Shown: in pieces, positions 25,939 through 37,834 of the stretch
Numbering within the stretch: the first letter of the stretch is position 1
Layout of the letters: every line of letters starts with the position of its first letter
Source: Octopus vulgaris
Lineage: Eukaryota
Direction: 5' to 3'
Assembly (NCBI GenBank): GCA_951406725.2
Contig: OX597822.1
Span: forward strand, 21,948,001-22,012,000
DNA: 64,000 nt
The notes under the pieces: generated by a model
What the model saw: the letters and a program-made list of their open reading frames with translations, nothing else
Databases searched by the model: none
Told to the model about the DNA's origin: nothing
Program-made: the position numbers and the translations under genes

Positions 25939-28692
25939 GTGCTTCATCATAGTTTAGCAACCATTATATCAGCCTATGCTCCTCAGTCGGGGCTACCCGA
26001 TGGACAGAAAGACCGATTCTATGACACTCTACTGCAGACTACCTCGTTGACGAACGACAGAGACCTTATCTTTGTGGCTGGTGACTTCAATGGTCACGTT
26101 GGACGACATGCTGGGGGCTTCCATGGCGTACATGGAGGCTATGGCTATGGCTCCCGCAACGAGGAGGGAACCAGGCTGCTGGAGTTCTGCGATGCAAATA
26201 ATCTTATGATTTGCAACACTAACTTCAGGAAACCTACCAGCCACCTAGTCACTTACCAATCGGGCCAACATACCAGCCAAATTGACTACATCCTTACAAG
26301 GCAAAGGGAGAGATGGCTGCTTATAAATGCCAAAACCTTCCCAGGTGAAGAATGTACCCCACAACATAGACTGGTAGTTAGTGACTTTAGGATCAGGACT
26401 AGGAGGACAACCAGAAGACGACAAATATGGAGAAGAAGGATCTGGAAGCTTAAAGATCCTGCAAATGGACAGAGATTTAGGGACATATTACTTGAAGCCT
26501 CTGACGAAGTAGAAGGGGATAGAGCATCACAGGGGGTAGAAGACAGCTGGACGTTTCTAAGGGATAACCTGCTGAGAGCCACTGACCAGATCTGTGGCTG
26601 GTGCAAAGTCCCCTCTAGACCTAGAATAACGTGGTGGTGGAACAATATTGTAGACAGGGCTATTAGAGAAAAGAGACAGGCTTGGAAGGTCTGGAAAAAT
26701 GGGGGTAGCAGGGAATTGTATCAGACTGCCAAAAGAGAAGCTAGGAGACAGGTTTATTTAGCCAGAGGGGAAGCAGATAAGAAAAAATTTGCCAATGTTC
26801 TGCGCCGTGAGGACCAAAGACTGGAGGTGTTTCGTGTTGCAAGACAGTGTGTGAGAGAGAATCGTGATGTGGTAGGAGAGAAGTGTGTTCGCATGGAAGA
26901 TGGTTCACTTGCGCTAAATGAGGATGCAAAGAGAGAGGTTTGGAGATGCCACTATGAAAGGTTGCTGAATGAAGAAAATGAATGGGATAAAGAGAGTCTG
27001 CTGAATGTTGACCCAACAGAGGGACCAGCTATCCGAGTTGATAGTTCCGTGGTAGCTAAGGCAATTAGAAGCATGAAGACAGGGAAAGCCCCAGGCCCAT
27101 CAGGAATCACTGCAGAGATGCTCAGAATGTCTGGTAGTGTCGGCTATAGCCTAGTCACCCGTATAGTTAATCAGGTGATACACAAAGGGGTCATACCCAA
27201 TGACTGGTGTAGCAGTATAATAGTCAACTGCTACAAAGGTAAAGGTGATGCCCTAGATACAAATAACTACAGAGGTATCAAGCTGTTGGACCAGGTGATG
27301 AAGGTTACGGAGAGGGTCATAGCCCAACTAATTAGAGAGAGAGTTAGTTTAGATGAGATGCAGTTTGGGTTTGTGCCAGGGAAAAGTACTACTGATGCTA
27401 TATTCCTGGTAAGGCAGCTGCAGGAGAAATACCTAGCCAAAGATAAGCCCCTGTACCTGGCTTTTGTTGACATGGAGAAAGCCTTCGACAGGGTCCCCCG
27501 ATCCCTTATCTGGTGGGCAATGAGGAAACTAGGGATAGATGAATGGTTAGTGAGAGCTGTGCGGGCCATGTATAGGGACGCCGCTAGTAGGGTGAGGGTT
27601 GGAAATGAGTACAGTGAAGAATTCCGGGTAGAGGTAGGAGTCCACCAAGGCTCAGTACTCAGCCCCCTCCTATTTATCATAGTCCTCCAGGCAATAACGG
27701 AGGAATTCAAGACAGGATGCCCTTGGGAGCTCCTCTATGCTGATGACCTTGCTCTAATTGCTGAGTCGCTATCAGAACTGGAGGAGAAGTTTCAGGTGTG
27801 GAAACAAGGATTAGAATCGAAGGGCCTCAGAGTCAATCTAGCTAAAACCAAAGTCGTAATCAGTAGGAAGGTAGACAAATCACAAACACCTTCAGGTAGA
27901 TGGCCCTGCTCGATCTGTAGAAAAGGTGTAGGTAGAAACTCTATAAGATGCACCAAGTGTAAGCTATGGACACATAAGAGATGCAGCAATGTCAAAGGAA
28001 GGCTAACTAGGAAGATGGTTTTTGTATGTGGCAGATGCTCAGGAACAATAAACACTGAAAATGCTCTGAGACCAACTTCCGTCACTTTCCAGGGAGAAAA
28101 ACTAGAAATAGTTGATAGTTTCCGTTACCTAGGTGACCAAGTCAGCAGCGGGGGCGGGTGTGCTGAAAGTGTAACTGCTAGAGTAAGAATAGCTTGGGCA
28201 AAGTTCAGAGAGCTCTTACCTCTGCTGGTGACAAAAGGCCTCTCGCACAGGGTGAAAGGCAGACTGTATGATGCGTGTGTACGAACAGCCATGCTACATG
28301 GCAGTGAAACATGGGCCGTGACTGCTGAGGATATGCGTAAGCTCGCTAGAAATGAAGCCAGTATGCTCCGATGGATGTGTAATGCCGGTACTCACACTCG
28401 GCAGAGTGTAAGTACCTTGAGAGAAAAGCTGGACCTAAGAAGCATCAGTTGTGGTGTGCAAGAGAGACGTTTGCGCTGGTATGGTCATGTGGCGAGAATG
28501 GATGAAGATAGTTGTGTGAAAAAGTGCCACACCCTAGCGGTTGAGGGAACCTGTGGAAGAGGCAGACCCAGGAAAACCTGGGACGAGGTGGTGAAGCACG
28601 ACCTTCGAACTTTAGGTCTCACTGAGGAAATGACTAGAGACCGAGACCTCTGGAAGTGTGCTGTGTGCGAGAAGACCCGGCAGGACAAGTGA
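25939..28692 (+). CDS. RTE ORF: partial APE-type endonuclease, reverse transcriptase and internal PHD-type zinc finger
   Basis: 917 aa. Motifs: SAYAPQ, AGDFNGHVG, SQIDYIL, GKAPGPSGI, NYRGIKLL, QFGF, FVDMEKAFD, GVHQGSVLSP, YADD (27736-27747), FRYLG, RLRWYGHV, RGRPRKTW. The element-like frame starts at 25891 (VIEVIRVCDRILKIRL), so the GTG is not a real start. Confidence 0.95.
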   Translation: MLHHSLATIISAYAPQSGLPDGQKDRFYDTLLQTTSLTNDRDLIFVAGDFNGHVGRHAGGFHGVHGGYGYGSRNEEGTRLLEFCDANNLMICNTNFRKPTSHLVTYQSGQHTSQIDYILTRQRERWLLINAKTFPGEECTPQHRLVVSDFRIRTRRTTRRRQIWRRRIWKLKDPANGQRFRDILLEASDEVEGDRASQGVEDSWTFLRDNLLRATDQICGWCKVPSRPRITWWWNNIVDRAIREKRQAWKVWKNGGSRELYQTAKREARRQVYLARGEADKKKFANVLRREDQRLEVFRVARQCVRENRDVVGEKCVRMEDGSLALNEDAKREVWRCHYERLLNEENEWDKESLLNVDPTEGPAIRVDSSVVAKAIRSMKTGKAPGPSGITAEMLRMSGSVGYSLVTRIVNQVIHKGVIPNDWCSSIIVNCYKGKGDALDTNNYRGIKLLDQVMKVTERVIAQLIRERVSLDEMQFGFVPGKSTTDAIFLVRQLQEKYLAKDKPLYLAFVDMEKAFDRVPRSLIWWAMRKLGIDEWLVRAVRAMYRDAASRVRVGNEYSEEFRVEVGVHQGSVLSPLLFIIVLQAITEEFKTGCPWELLYADDLALIAESLSELEEKFQVWKQGLESKGLRVNLAKTKVVISRKVDKSQTPSGRWPCSICRKGVGRNSIRCTKCKLWTHKRCSNVKGRLTRKMVFVCGRCSGTINTENALRPTSVTFQGEKLEIVDSFRYLGDQVSSGGGCAESVTARVRIAWAKFRELLPLLVTKGLSHRVKGRLYDACVRTAMLHGSETWAVTAEDMRKLARNEASMLRWMCNAGTHTRQSVSTLREKLDLRSISCGVQERRLRWYGHVARMDEDSCVKKCHTLAVEGTCGRGRPRKTWDEVVKHDLRTLGLTEEMTRDRDLWKCAVCEKTRQDK

Positions 28693-28762
28693 GTCCATAA
28701 CCCGTGGCCTTCTACATGGGATGGAGCCAGCCTACGTATGCATACCTTCCCTTCTTGGGACA

Positions 28763-28958
28763 CAAAACTCTACTTGTGAAGACGTGTTGAGGCAAGTGAG
28801 GATCAGAATCGAAATCGATCAATGGAAATTGCGGATGTGCTACCAGTGCCGGTGGCATGTCAAAACTCTGCTTGTGAAGACCCGTTGAGGCAAGTGAGGA
28901 TCAGAATCGAAATCGATCAATGGAAATTGCAGATGTGTTACCAGTGCCGGTGGCATGT
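28763..28958 (+). repeat. 98-bp tandem duplication in the RTE 3' UTR
   Basis: 28763-28860 and 28861-28958 are near-identical. A 28-bp unit is then repeated about 2.7 times at 28969-29046. Confidence 0.92.
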
Positions 28959-29526
28959 AAGAGAACTTTCCGTTTCGCGACCGTTGCCAGCACCGCTCCG
29001 TTTCGCGACCGTTGCCAGCACCGCTCCGTTTCGTGTCCGTTGCCAGCCTCGCCTGGCCCTCGTGCCGGTGGCACATAAAAAGCACCATCCGTTCGTGGCC
29101 GTTTGCCAGCTCTGTCTGGCACCAGTGCGGGTGGCACGTAAAAAGCACCCACTACACTCACGGAGTGGTTGGCGTTAGGAAGGGCATCCAGCCGTAGAAA
29201 CACTGCCAGATTTGACTGGGCCTGATGAAGCCTTCTGGCTTCACAGACCCCAGTAGAACCGTCCAACCCATGCTAGCATGGAAAATGGACGCTAAACGAT
29301 GATGATGATGATGATGACACCCATTTGTTTTTGTTTTTTTTAAATTTATAAAAAAATTTTAAAAAATTTTTAAGTGTTTTTTTCTATTAACGTTTTTTTT
29401 TACTGCTTTAATTCTTTCATTTGGGCTGGTCTAAGCATGACTTCTTAAATAAGAAACCACACAATATTATGTTAGGACTGGTTAAGGAGGTCTCGCCCTG
29501 GTACGTGATGTCTGTCTCTCTATTTT

Positions 29527-29608
29527 TTCCCCTGACAAAGGAGTTATTATTGTGATGCACCCTCATGCATTAAATACAGTAATGTACCCCTGAAATGGCC
29601 ATAGGGAA
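29527..29608 (+). ncRNA. Type I minimal hammerhead ribozyme with G8A substitution
   Basis: UUCCC-CUGACAA-AGG..CCU stem II-GAAA-UGGCCA-UA|-GGGAA. Stem I is perfect, stem III is the palindrome AUGGCCAU, and the core differs from CUGACGA by one CpG-type transition. Confidence 0.7.
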
Positions 29609-30158
29609 TGTAAATATGGTTTCTTTTTTGCTTGGACACTGGCTTTTAACTATAGGTTTCCCTTATCTGAAAAGTAATTTTCAATGAAAAAAAAAAAATT
29701 TTTCTAAACGATGAACTTTTATCTTACCTTATATATTATATATTACTTATTTATATGCTTCCTATATATATGTATTTTTATATATTTTTATATATCTATA
29801 TATTTATATATTACTTTATATTTTTACGTATTTATTATTCTAGGTGTTGTAATGTTTTTTAAAAAAATATATATTTCTTAATCGCTAAAGTATTAACTTT
29901 TAACCATGATGAACTGTATTCACACATTTTTCTTGCATTTTCTTATATGCTTGTACTGATGAGTTATGTTTCATCTTCCGTGATGTTATACATGTATATT
30001 CTACGATTAAATGTTCAAGATATGAAATGTTACGTGGATGACCTTGTATTTGTTTGTTCTGCAACCATAGTTTAATATATTTGTCTCATTTAATTGAGAA
30101 CTTCTATAGCAATCCTATTAAACATTTTGTTCCTGATAAGAAACAATCACTGTATTAT

Positions 30159-30201
<43 letters not shown>

Positions 30202-30299
30202 GGTCCATAAACTTCATCTTCACCATCATTTTATGCATGGTCTCCATAGTGATATGCATTGGATATGTCATGAACTGAGTCAGCTCATAATGGGAGCCA

Positions 30300-33200
30300 C
30301 TGCTCTCATACAACTTGGTGCATTTTATCAAGGCACCAGTACCAGAGAGGTTGTCATGCCCTTGGAGAGACATGACTAAAGAGACATCTCCTCAATTCTT
30401 CTCATTCTCTACTTTCTTGCCAAACTGCTCTGTGCAAGGGGAAGTTTGTCTGAAATCATCTGAAAGTGCTACTGTCATACCTCACATCAAACAAGTGGAA
30501 CTGCACAAATCTTGCAGCATTCTGTTAACAGCTTCCACTGATTTTTTTGATGGGACATTGTACCTCATCTCATATGATCAAAGAACATTTCATGAGAACT
30601 TGAAGAAGTTAAAGAAGAATTCTTATTAATATTGCAGATAGGTTCATCATTTGAAGTTAAATTGAATGGCAGCTTGAATGCTGCATGAGTTTTTCGACTT
30701 CCTGGGAAGCTATTTCTTTTTTCTGCCAGACTTTGGCTAGCACTAAATTTGTAACAAAAGCTTTTCCAGTTCCTCCTGATGTGTCTAAAAAATATAATCC
30801 TCCTCTCTTATGTGTCACTTGGTCGGTCTGCCAAAAGTTTCTGAACATTTTCTTCAAGGAATCTTGTTAATGAATCATTATCCTATGAAGTTTCTCACAA
30901 AATTTCTGTGATCAAATTATTCACCTCATTTCAATTAGTTTCAGGTAAGCCAAACTTGCTGAGCTCCTCCTCTCTCATTGAGACAACACAATCTTCAATA
31001 TCAACCAGTGCAGAATTATATATATGTAATCGTTGAATGCCATTTCCCTCTCAGAGAATCTCAATCATGCTTGATATTTGTAGTCTTCTGATAAATCATT
31101 CTTATATTTGTGCCACAAGGTTAATGGGTTACTTCACAATTCAGGAGAAGAATTTCAAAAAAGATCTCTCAAAGAAATAGGTATGTGTGACACTGAAGCT
31201 TCAGCCATTGTTCTATCCCACTGATTGTCATCTTCTGACATATTTAAGACTAAATAGGTTCCTCTCTAAGTATGAGCAGTTTGACAATCAGTCAAGGAAA
31301 GGAGAAGGAAGTCAGTCCTCTTATTTCATGAAGAAGCAGCCTCAAAAAGAAACATTCATAATAACTTGGATTCACGGAGTAAACTCTTCCGAGTGTCAAA
31401 TAATTTTATACTTGGATGACTTTTAACATCAGCTCCTCTTTTTTCTCATAGCAATACAGTAATACAGCTTATTACAGTTATATACACACACACACACACA
31501 TACACACACGTTATTATATGTGTAGTTTTATTACATGTATGGCATACCTACAGAAGAGTGATCCAGTGAATTTATTTCTTCCTATGTTTGGGGAAATGGG
31601 TATTTTCAAATGAAAAGTTGTACAAATATGCTGGAGTGAGAGAGGAAAATAACAGCTGACCTCATTGATTCTGATGTAGAATATGTGAAACAAAGGAAAA
31701 ATGTTGGAATGAAATCTAAGCTATAGTTTATATCCTGAGGGAATGCAGGGAATAAAGTGAAGGTTATCTTCTACAGATATAGATAAAGAACAAATGTAAA
31801 ATAATACTTATAGCAAAATGAAGTAATGGAACTTAATACAGTTATACACCCAATAGTGCAAACGTTATTATCTGTGTTGTTATATTACACATATGTCATA
31901 CCTACAGAAGAGTGCCCCACCATATTTTGAAATAAAATGAAGAAATGTAATAATCCTATAAAAATTATGTCCCTTAGGCTGGTTATTTATTTTCAGTTTG
32001 GTTTCATTTGGTTTCCCAGCTATCATCCTCAAAATCATGCAAATGTGCCCTGGCAAAACCACTACAAATTCTCTTCCAGAGTTTTCTCGCAAATGGAAAC
32101 CTGCCAAGCAAACTGAAGGAGGGAATGATATACTCAATCCATAAAGGAGGAACCAGAACAGATGCCAAAAATTATTGGCTTATGTCTCTGACTTCATACA
32201 TCAGCAAAGTCACGGAACGAATAGTCAGAGGGAAACTAATTGAATTCCTTGAAGAAAACAACTTGCTGAGTGATACCCAGAATGGTTTTTGACCAGATAG
32301 GTGCTGCCTGACACAGCTCCTACAGCACTATGATTGGGTGTTGAAGCAGTTACTCGACGACTCAAATAGAGATGCAAAAGCTTTTGATAAATTTGATCAT
32401 GGTATGAATGTTGCAAACTGCATGATTTTGGCATAAGTGGAAAACTTGGAGAGTGGTTACATGACTTTCTGAAAGATAGAAGTCAGGCAGTGGTGGCCAA
32501 TGGAGCCATCGCAAAGGAAATACAAATAGGGAGTGGTTTTCCACTGCTTTTTATAGTGTCCCACTCAGATATGCCCTCAGCTGCCTGGATAGCTACCCTT
32601 GCTAGCTATGCAGATGATAGCTACCCTTGCTAGCTATGAGATGATATAAGTCTCACGGAAAATACAAAACCCTAGTGATGCTGCTTGCCTGCAGCAGGAG
32701 ATGGATGCAATTTACAGATGGGCTGAGGACAATAATATGCAGTTTAATGCTGGAAAATTCCAAGCCCTGCGATACCAGCACCCAAAACCGAATGAAAAAC
32801 TTACAGGGTACACTGGACCAGGGGGGATTAAAATCCCAGAGCCTAAACCAATGCATGACATGGGTATTGACATGAGTGATAATACCTCTTTCCAAGTGCA
32901 CATTACCAAGTTGGTGACAAAGTGCATATGGCTGGCTGGCTGGATCCTGAGAACCTTCCAAATCAGAGAAAAGGAAATCTTGATGGGCCTCTGGAGGACA
33001 TTTCCCTGGACTACTGTCCCTAACTATGGTCAACCTACAGTGTAAAATTACCAGCAGACCTTGAAGCAATCCAGCAAAGCTTCACAAAAGAAGATTGTCT
33101 CATTGCAACAGCTCAGTTACTGGGAAAGACTGAAATAGCTAAGACTTTACTCCCTGGAACAAAGGCTGGAAGAGATTGTGCAAAATTTTGGCATTGAAAG

Positions 33201-33857
33201 CCATACAAATACCAGAACGGGTCACCACTGCACAGTGCCAAAGATCACAACAATGCCATCACACTTCAAGACCAGTTACTGCAACAGCCTGGGTTTCAAG
33301 GGTCCTCAGCTTTTTAATATTCTCCCAAAGAGCCTGAAGGGCCAACACAAAGTGGATGTAGGTGTTTTCAAAACAAAACTGGATCTGTTTCTGTTGAGAG
33401 TCTCAGATCAACATATCTTGTGGAAGGAGGCACAAATGAGGGCAGCAGCATTAAACTCCCTTATACATCAAATGCCACATATCAGAGGAGGCTCTTAATA
33501 ATAACAGTGTAGCAAAACGACGGTGCTCAAGCATGGCCGCAGCTTTGAGCTGAAACCAGAAAAACAAAATGTGGTATGTTAAACTGATAAAAATTATATC
33601 CCTTAGGCCCTTAATTTATTTATTGTTAATTTAGAAGTGGCATATAAAAATTTTCTCCTTTAGACCCTTCATTTATTTTAGAAATATTGGAAAAGGGTAG
33701 GTAGCTCCCTTCGGAGGGCTGCTAGAGACTTGGGACCTCTTCCATTGTCTTCATTGTAAAATTTTACATGAGAATTAGCTTTTAGTGCTGTAGTTTTTCT
33801 TCCTATAGGCAGTTAGTCACAAATACACACACCCACATCCATTTTTATTATACAGAT
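30300..33857 (-). mobile_element. Decayed Helitron with Pif1-like helicase remnant, carrying a nested CR1-like LINE
   Basis: GGLYFLDTSGGTGKAFVTNLVLAKV (helicase motif I) at 30657-30857. A Helitron-type 5' end A|TCTGTATAATAAAAATGG lies on the minus strand at about 33857. Joining the two parts into one element is an inference. Confidence 0.6.
32010..33570 (+). mobile_element. Decayed 5'-truncated CR1-like LINE
   Basis: KNYWLMSLTSYISKVTERIV, QNGF, KAFDKFDHG, YADD (with a local ~27-bp tandem duplication), WAEDNNMQFNAGK, GPQLFNILPKSL, and the 3' stem-loop CAGCTTTGAGCTG. Confidence 0.85.
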
Positions 33858-34878
33858 ATGTGTGTGTATGTGTGTGTGTGTGTGTGTGCATGTGTCTGTG
33901 TGTTTGTGTATGTGTTTGTATGTTGCAGCTGAGGACATAGTTCTTCTGTGGTGTTTTTATTGAACTGAACAGAATATCTGATATAGAAAGTATGATGATG
34001 TTAAATTTATATTCTTATTAGTTATGATGTGAAATTATTCCAATTTCACCAAAACAAAATAAAGAAAATATATAAATGTTATTGCCTTGAATATCTAACA
34101 AATATTTCATGTGGTTTTCCACAAGGATCTGTTTTTATCATTTCACATATATAAACAATTCTAGTAAATCAATTAATACACTTTTCATATGACACCAATC
34201 TATTGTTGGAGATAATTGTTCCATAGAACAGTTAAATTGACATGTGTTTGCACATTGCAATTTTCATTTTCTATGTAAATGACTGTGAGACAAATAGGAT
34301 TTATCCTGAACACTGAGGAAAAGGAAATTCATTTCGTATAGATCTAAACAAAAGATGATCTACAATCATTTTTAGTTTCCATCAGAGATGAGAATGAAAT
34401 TATCTGGTAATAGCAATATCATTATCCTAGTTGTTATCATAACATTTTGAATAGAGGTCACACCTGCAAGGCATTGCTACAGCAGGGCTTTAACTTTGGT
34501 GCTTCAAATAACTATAGAACTAAAACAATTTAATAAAACAAGCAATAATTCAAATTGCTAGAATACATACTCTTTTAAAACACTATATATCATATATCAA
34601 AAATTGCATTATTCTTTCTATAATGATGGATTCAATTTTCCACTTGTTTACTATCTAAAAGCCATGTTTTAATGGATTGTCTTGAATATCCTATCAAAAC
34701 AATACATTATTAATAGCATTCTGTATCAAGTAATTGGGAAATAATTACTCATTCTATAAAGCTAGCAATGCTTACAAAATCTAATCATAAAGTTTATTAA
34801 AGTTGTTTAACATGTATCTATCTGTCTGTATGTGGGCTGTCTGTTTACTTGTTTGTCTTCCTCTCTCCATATTAGTGC

Positions 34879-34926
<48 letters not shown>

Positions 34927-35022
34927 AGATAGATAGTTTTATTTCAATGATAACTTTTAGCTTGTGAAATGTTTAGAAGGTGTGAGTTTTGGGTGGTAAT
35001 GATCAGTTTTTGGTAATGTATA

Positions 35023-35225
35023 TTCTTTTACTCTTTTACTTGATTCAGTCATTTGATTGTGGTCATGCTGGAGCACCGCCTTTAGTCGTGCAAATCAACC
35101 CCCAGAACTTATTCCTTTAAGCCTAGTACTTATTCTATCGGTCTCTTTTGCCAAACCACTAAGTTATGGGGACATAAACACACCAGCATTAGTTGTCAAG
35201 CGATGTTAGGAGGACAAACACAGAC
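35023..35225 (-). mobile_element. SINE family A, 3' half
   Basis: Closely matches 55222-55430. Confidence 0.85.
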
Positions 35226-35239
35226 ATTAGACTTTACAC

Positions 35240-36180
35240 TAACCACAGATTTGGTCAACAGCACCCAGTGAATTGCCCTGTAGGAACTTCCAGTTGTACT
35301 CTAAGCTATATGTCCCTTCCTTCTTCTCTTCCTCTCTATCATCAGAGTCTTCCTGTAGAATGTCTAAATTTTTGTTGGTTTGCTGGGCCCTTAGGCTTCC
35401 ATAATCTCCTTTTCTGGTGTGGTTTATGTCTTTGAATCTTTCTCACTCTAATTCTGAAGTTACTAACCAGTAGCCTCTGTTGGGATGTACACTCTCCACC
35501 TGAGAAAGAGATCTCATTTGTCTCCTTGCCTGGTGAGGAGGTAATCAACTTGGTTTATATTCCCACCAGACTGATAAGTAATTAGGTGGCTAGCTGGCTT
35601 TCTAAAGTTAGTGTTACAGATCATAAGATGATTTGCATTACAGAACTCAAGTAGCCTTTACCTCCTTCATTCTTGGTGACAAAGCTACAACGACCATGCA
35701 CACCATAGAATCCATGGGAATGCTGCCCAACATGTCCATTAAAGTTGCCAGCCACAATAACAAAGTCTCTATCATTTGTCGTTAAGGTAATCTGCAAAAG
35801 GACCTCATAGAATTGGTCCTTCAGATCATCAGCCAACCCAGCCTGTGGAGCATAGGCAGAGATAAATGTAATTGTTAATCTATCTATGATAAGTCTCGAC
35901 TTAATAACCTTATTGCACACTCTGACTACGTCAATTACTTTATCTATCCACTTTCTGCTACTCCATCACTCCTACTTAACCAGAAGAATTTAAACCTGTT
36001 TCTTACATGTGAGGAATCTAGCAGAGGCCCTTTCCATCTCACTTCTTGCACACCACACACATCGACATGACAACACTCCATCATTTCAACAATCTTGATA
36101 GATCTCCCTTTCATTGTGCCAATGTTTGTGGCCCTAAAGTTGTATACTTGGGAGGTTGTTGCTGAGGGGCTTTTGTTTGT
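35240..36180 (-). mobile_element. Older RTE copy, endonuclease region
   Basis: ISAYAPQAGLADDLKDQFYEVLLQ, AGNFNGHVG and ECTSQQRLLVSNFRI align with the N-terminus of the 25939 ORF. The copy extends further 5' than the young one. Confidence 0.88.
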
Positions 36181-36597
36181 ATTTCAAAAGATCTGAGTAA
36201 AAAGATTTGCTTGGTAGATGGAGTATTTTTTTTTTTTGTTGATCCTACCATCACAGAGCAGTACATACACACAGACACACATATTCATATATCTAGACAC
36301 ATACATACATACACATATGCACACATGTATTTATATTTATATGTATACATACATATACATATATATTTATTTATACACACACATGCCATACCCCACCTGT
36401 TCATCTAGCATGGTGAAACTGATGTTAAAATTTTTGGCGATCAAATCTGGAAAGCAGTTCTTCATTCTAGTAAAGGAGAGAGTGTTTGCAGATTCGTGGC
36501 TTGGGGAGATTACTGACGTTGATATTAGTTGTTTTTCTTTAGAGGTTATCTTATTAAGCTTAGATACTGCTGTCAGTTTGGGAGGTTTTGTGGAATA

Positions 36598-36812
36598 TGA
36601 GAGGTTTCTGAAAAGTTCCTGGCTTTAAGTGAAAGAAAATACAAGAGGATCAGTTAATTGTGATTTTACTCAGCATATTCCCTTCAGATTCACACACTTA
36701 TTGCAGCAGTCCTTCAGTTTTTCTAAGCCCTGTAAAAGAAATTGGAAGGTTGGGCTTCCAACCAGGCCTTTCATGATACCCTTAAAATCAGGAACTTTTT
36801 GGCACCCTCTTG
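36598..36812. mobile_element. Mariner-derived MITE
   Basis: TA|TGAGAGGTTTCTGAAAAGTTCCTGGCTTTAA ... TTAAAATCAGGAACTTTTTGGCACCCTCTTG|TA, with an internal remnant of the transposase C-terminus (KLKDCCNKCVNLKG). Confidence 0.85.
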
Positions 36813-37672
36813 TATATATGCATGTATATGCAAGTATCTGTATGTGTATGTATCTATGTATACACACAAATGTACATGTAAAAGGCTTCCTACTGTCTTT
36901 TTCAAGCAAATTCACTCACAAAACGTTGATTATCCAGGGATATCACCCTCAAGGTGCTGAATTTAAACCTGGCAAGATTTGAACTTCATAATAAAAGGAT
37001 ATAGATAAACAACATGCATGATTTTGCCACACCTCTACCCAATACCTGCCATCCACAACCAATTCTGCACAATAACAGTAATAATAATTGTATTATTATT
37101 ATTTATCGTCAGTCTTTTTCACTCACTGCTGAATTTTTATTTAATTATCTATATATATTGTGTGTGTGTGTGTGTCATGTGTGTGCATGCACGCACACAC
37201 TTATAATGTAATAATTCTGGCCAAGCATTATTGAAACATATTTTCACAAAAGAAGGCAATTCTTTTATGCTAGTATGTGAATATGGCACATCAATGAATA
37301 AAAGGGTTTAACTGAGAAAAGTAGACACACTGAACAGAATATATTTTATAGAATATGAAGAGGGTAGGGAAGGTTCTGCAGAACAACAACAACAAAAAAG
37401 GGGGGGGGGGCAAAACAAAGCTCAACATATGTTGGGAATAGAAAGAATAAAGAATTCATAAAAGCATTAGTGAAAGATAATGGTGGGAGTGGTGCTAGTG
37501 GTGTAAGTAGGAGGAACCGTTTATGAGATATTTGGTGAAAGAGGTATTCTTAATACAATATTAACAAGTCCCCAGAGATGTCAGTTTGAATTACAGCTCA
37601 AGTATAATCAATTATATATTCCCTTCATAAATGATAAATGCACATGTGCATCTATACATGTGCATCTCTTAC

Positions 37673-37729
<57 letters not shown>

Positions 37730-37796
37730 GTATGAATGCTCATACATGAATAGACACACATATATGTATCTGTGTGTGTGTGTGCATGTGTGTGTG

Positions 37797-37834
<38 letters not shown>

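Larger units (their letters stand above)
25891..29317 (+). mobile_element. Young 5'-truncated RTE-clade LINE
   Basis: Abrupt GC rise at about 25891, an uninterrupted EN-RT frame, a ~625-bp 3' UTR and a (GAT)n tail. No TSD was found. Confidence 0.96.
25366..30160 (+). mobile_element. 5'-truncated Penelope-like element with inverted pLTR copy, interrupted by an RTE
   Basis: Arms 25366-25679 and 29663-30050 are reverse complements. It contains a coding remnant at 25675-25836 and a hammerhead fold at 29527-29608, and is bounded by (TA)n at 25317-25354 and 30161-30197. Confidence 0.75.

Noticed and set aside
26029-28763. Antisense ORFs within the RTE
   Set aside because: They are shadow frames of a GC-richer coding sequence with no independent motifs.
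29222-29245. CTGATGA followed by the hairpin AGCC-TTCT-GGCT in the RTE 3' UTR
   Set aside because: No GAAA follows, and other copies read CTGGTGCAGCC, so it is a chance variant rather than a hammerhead.
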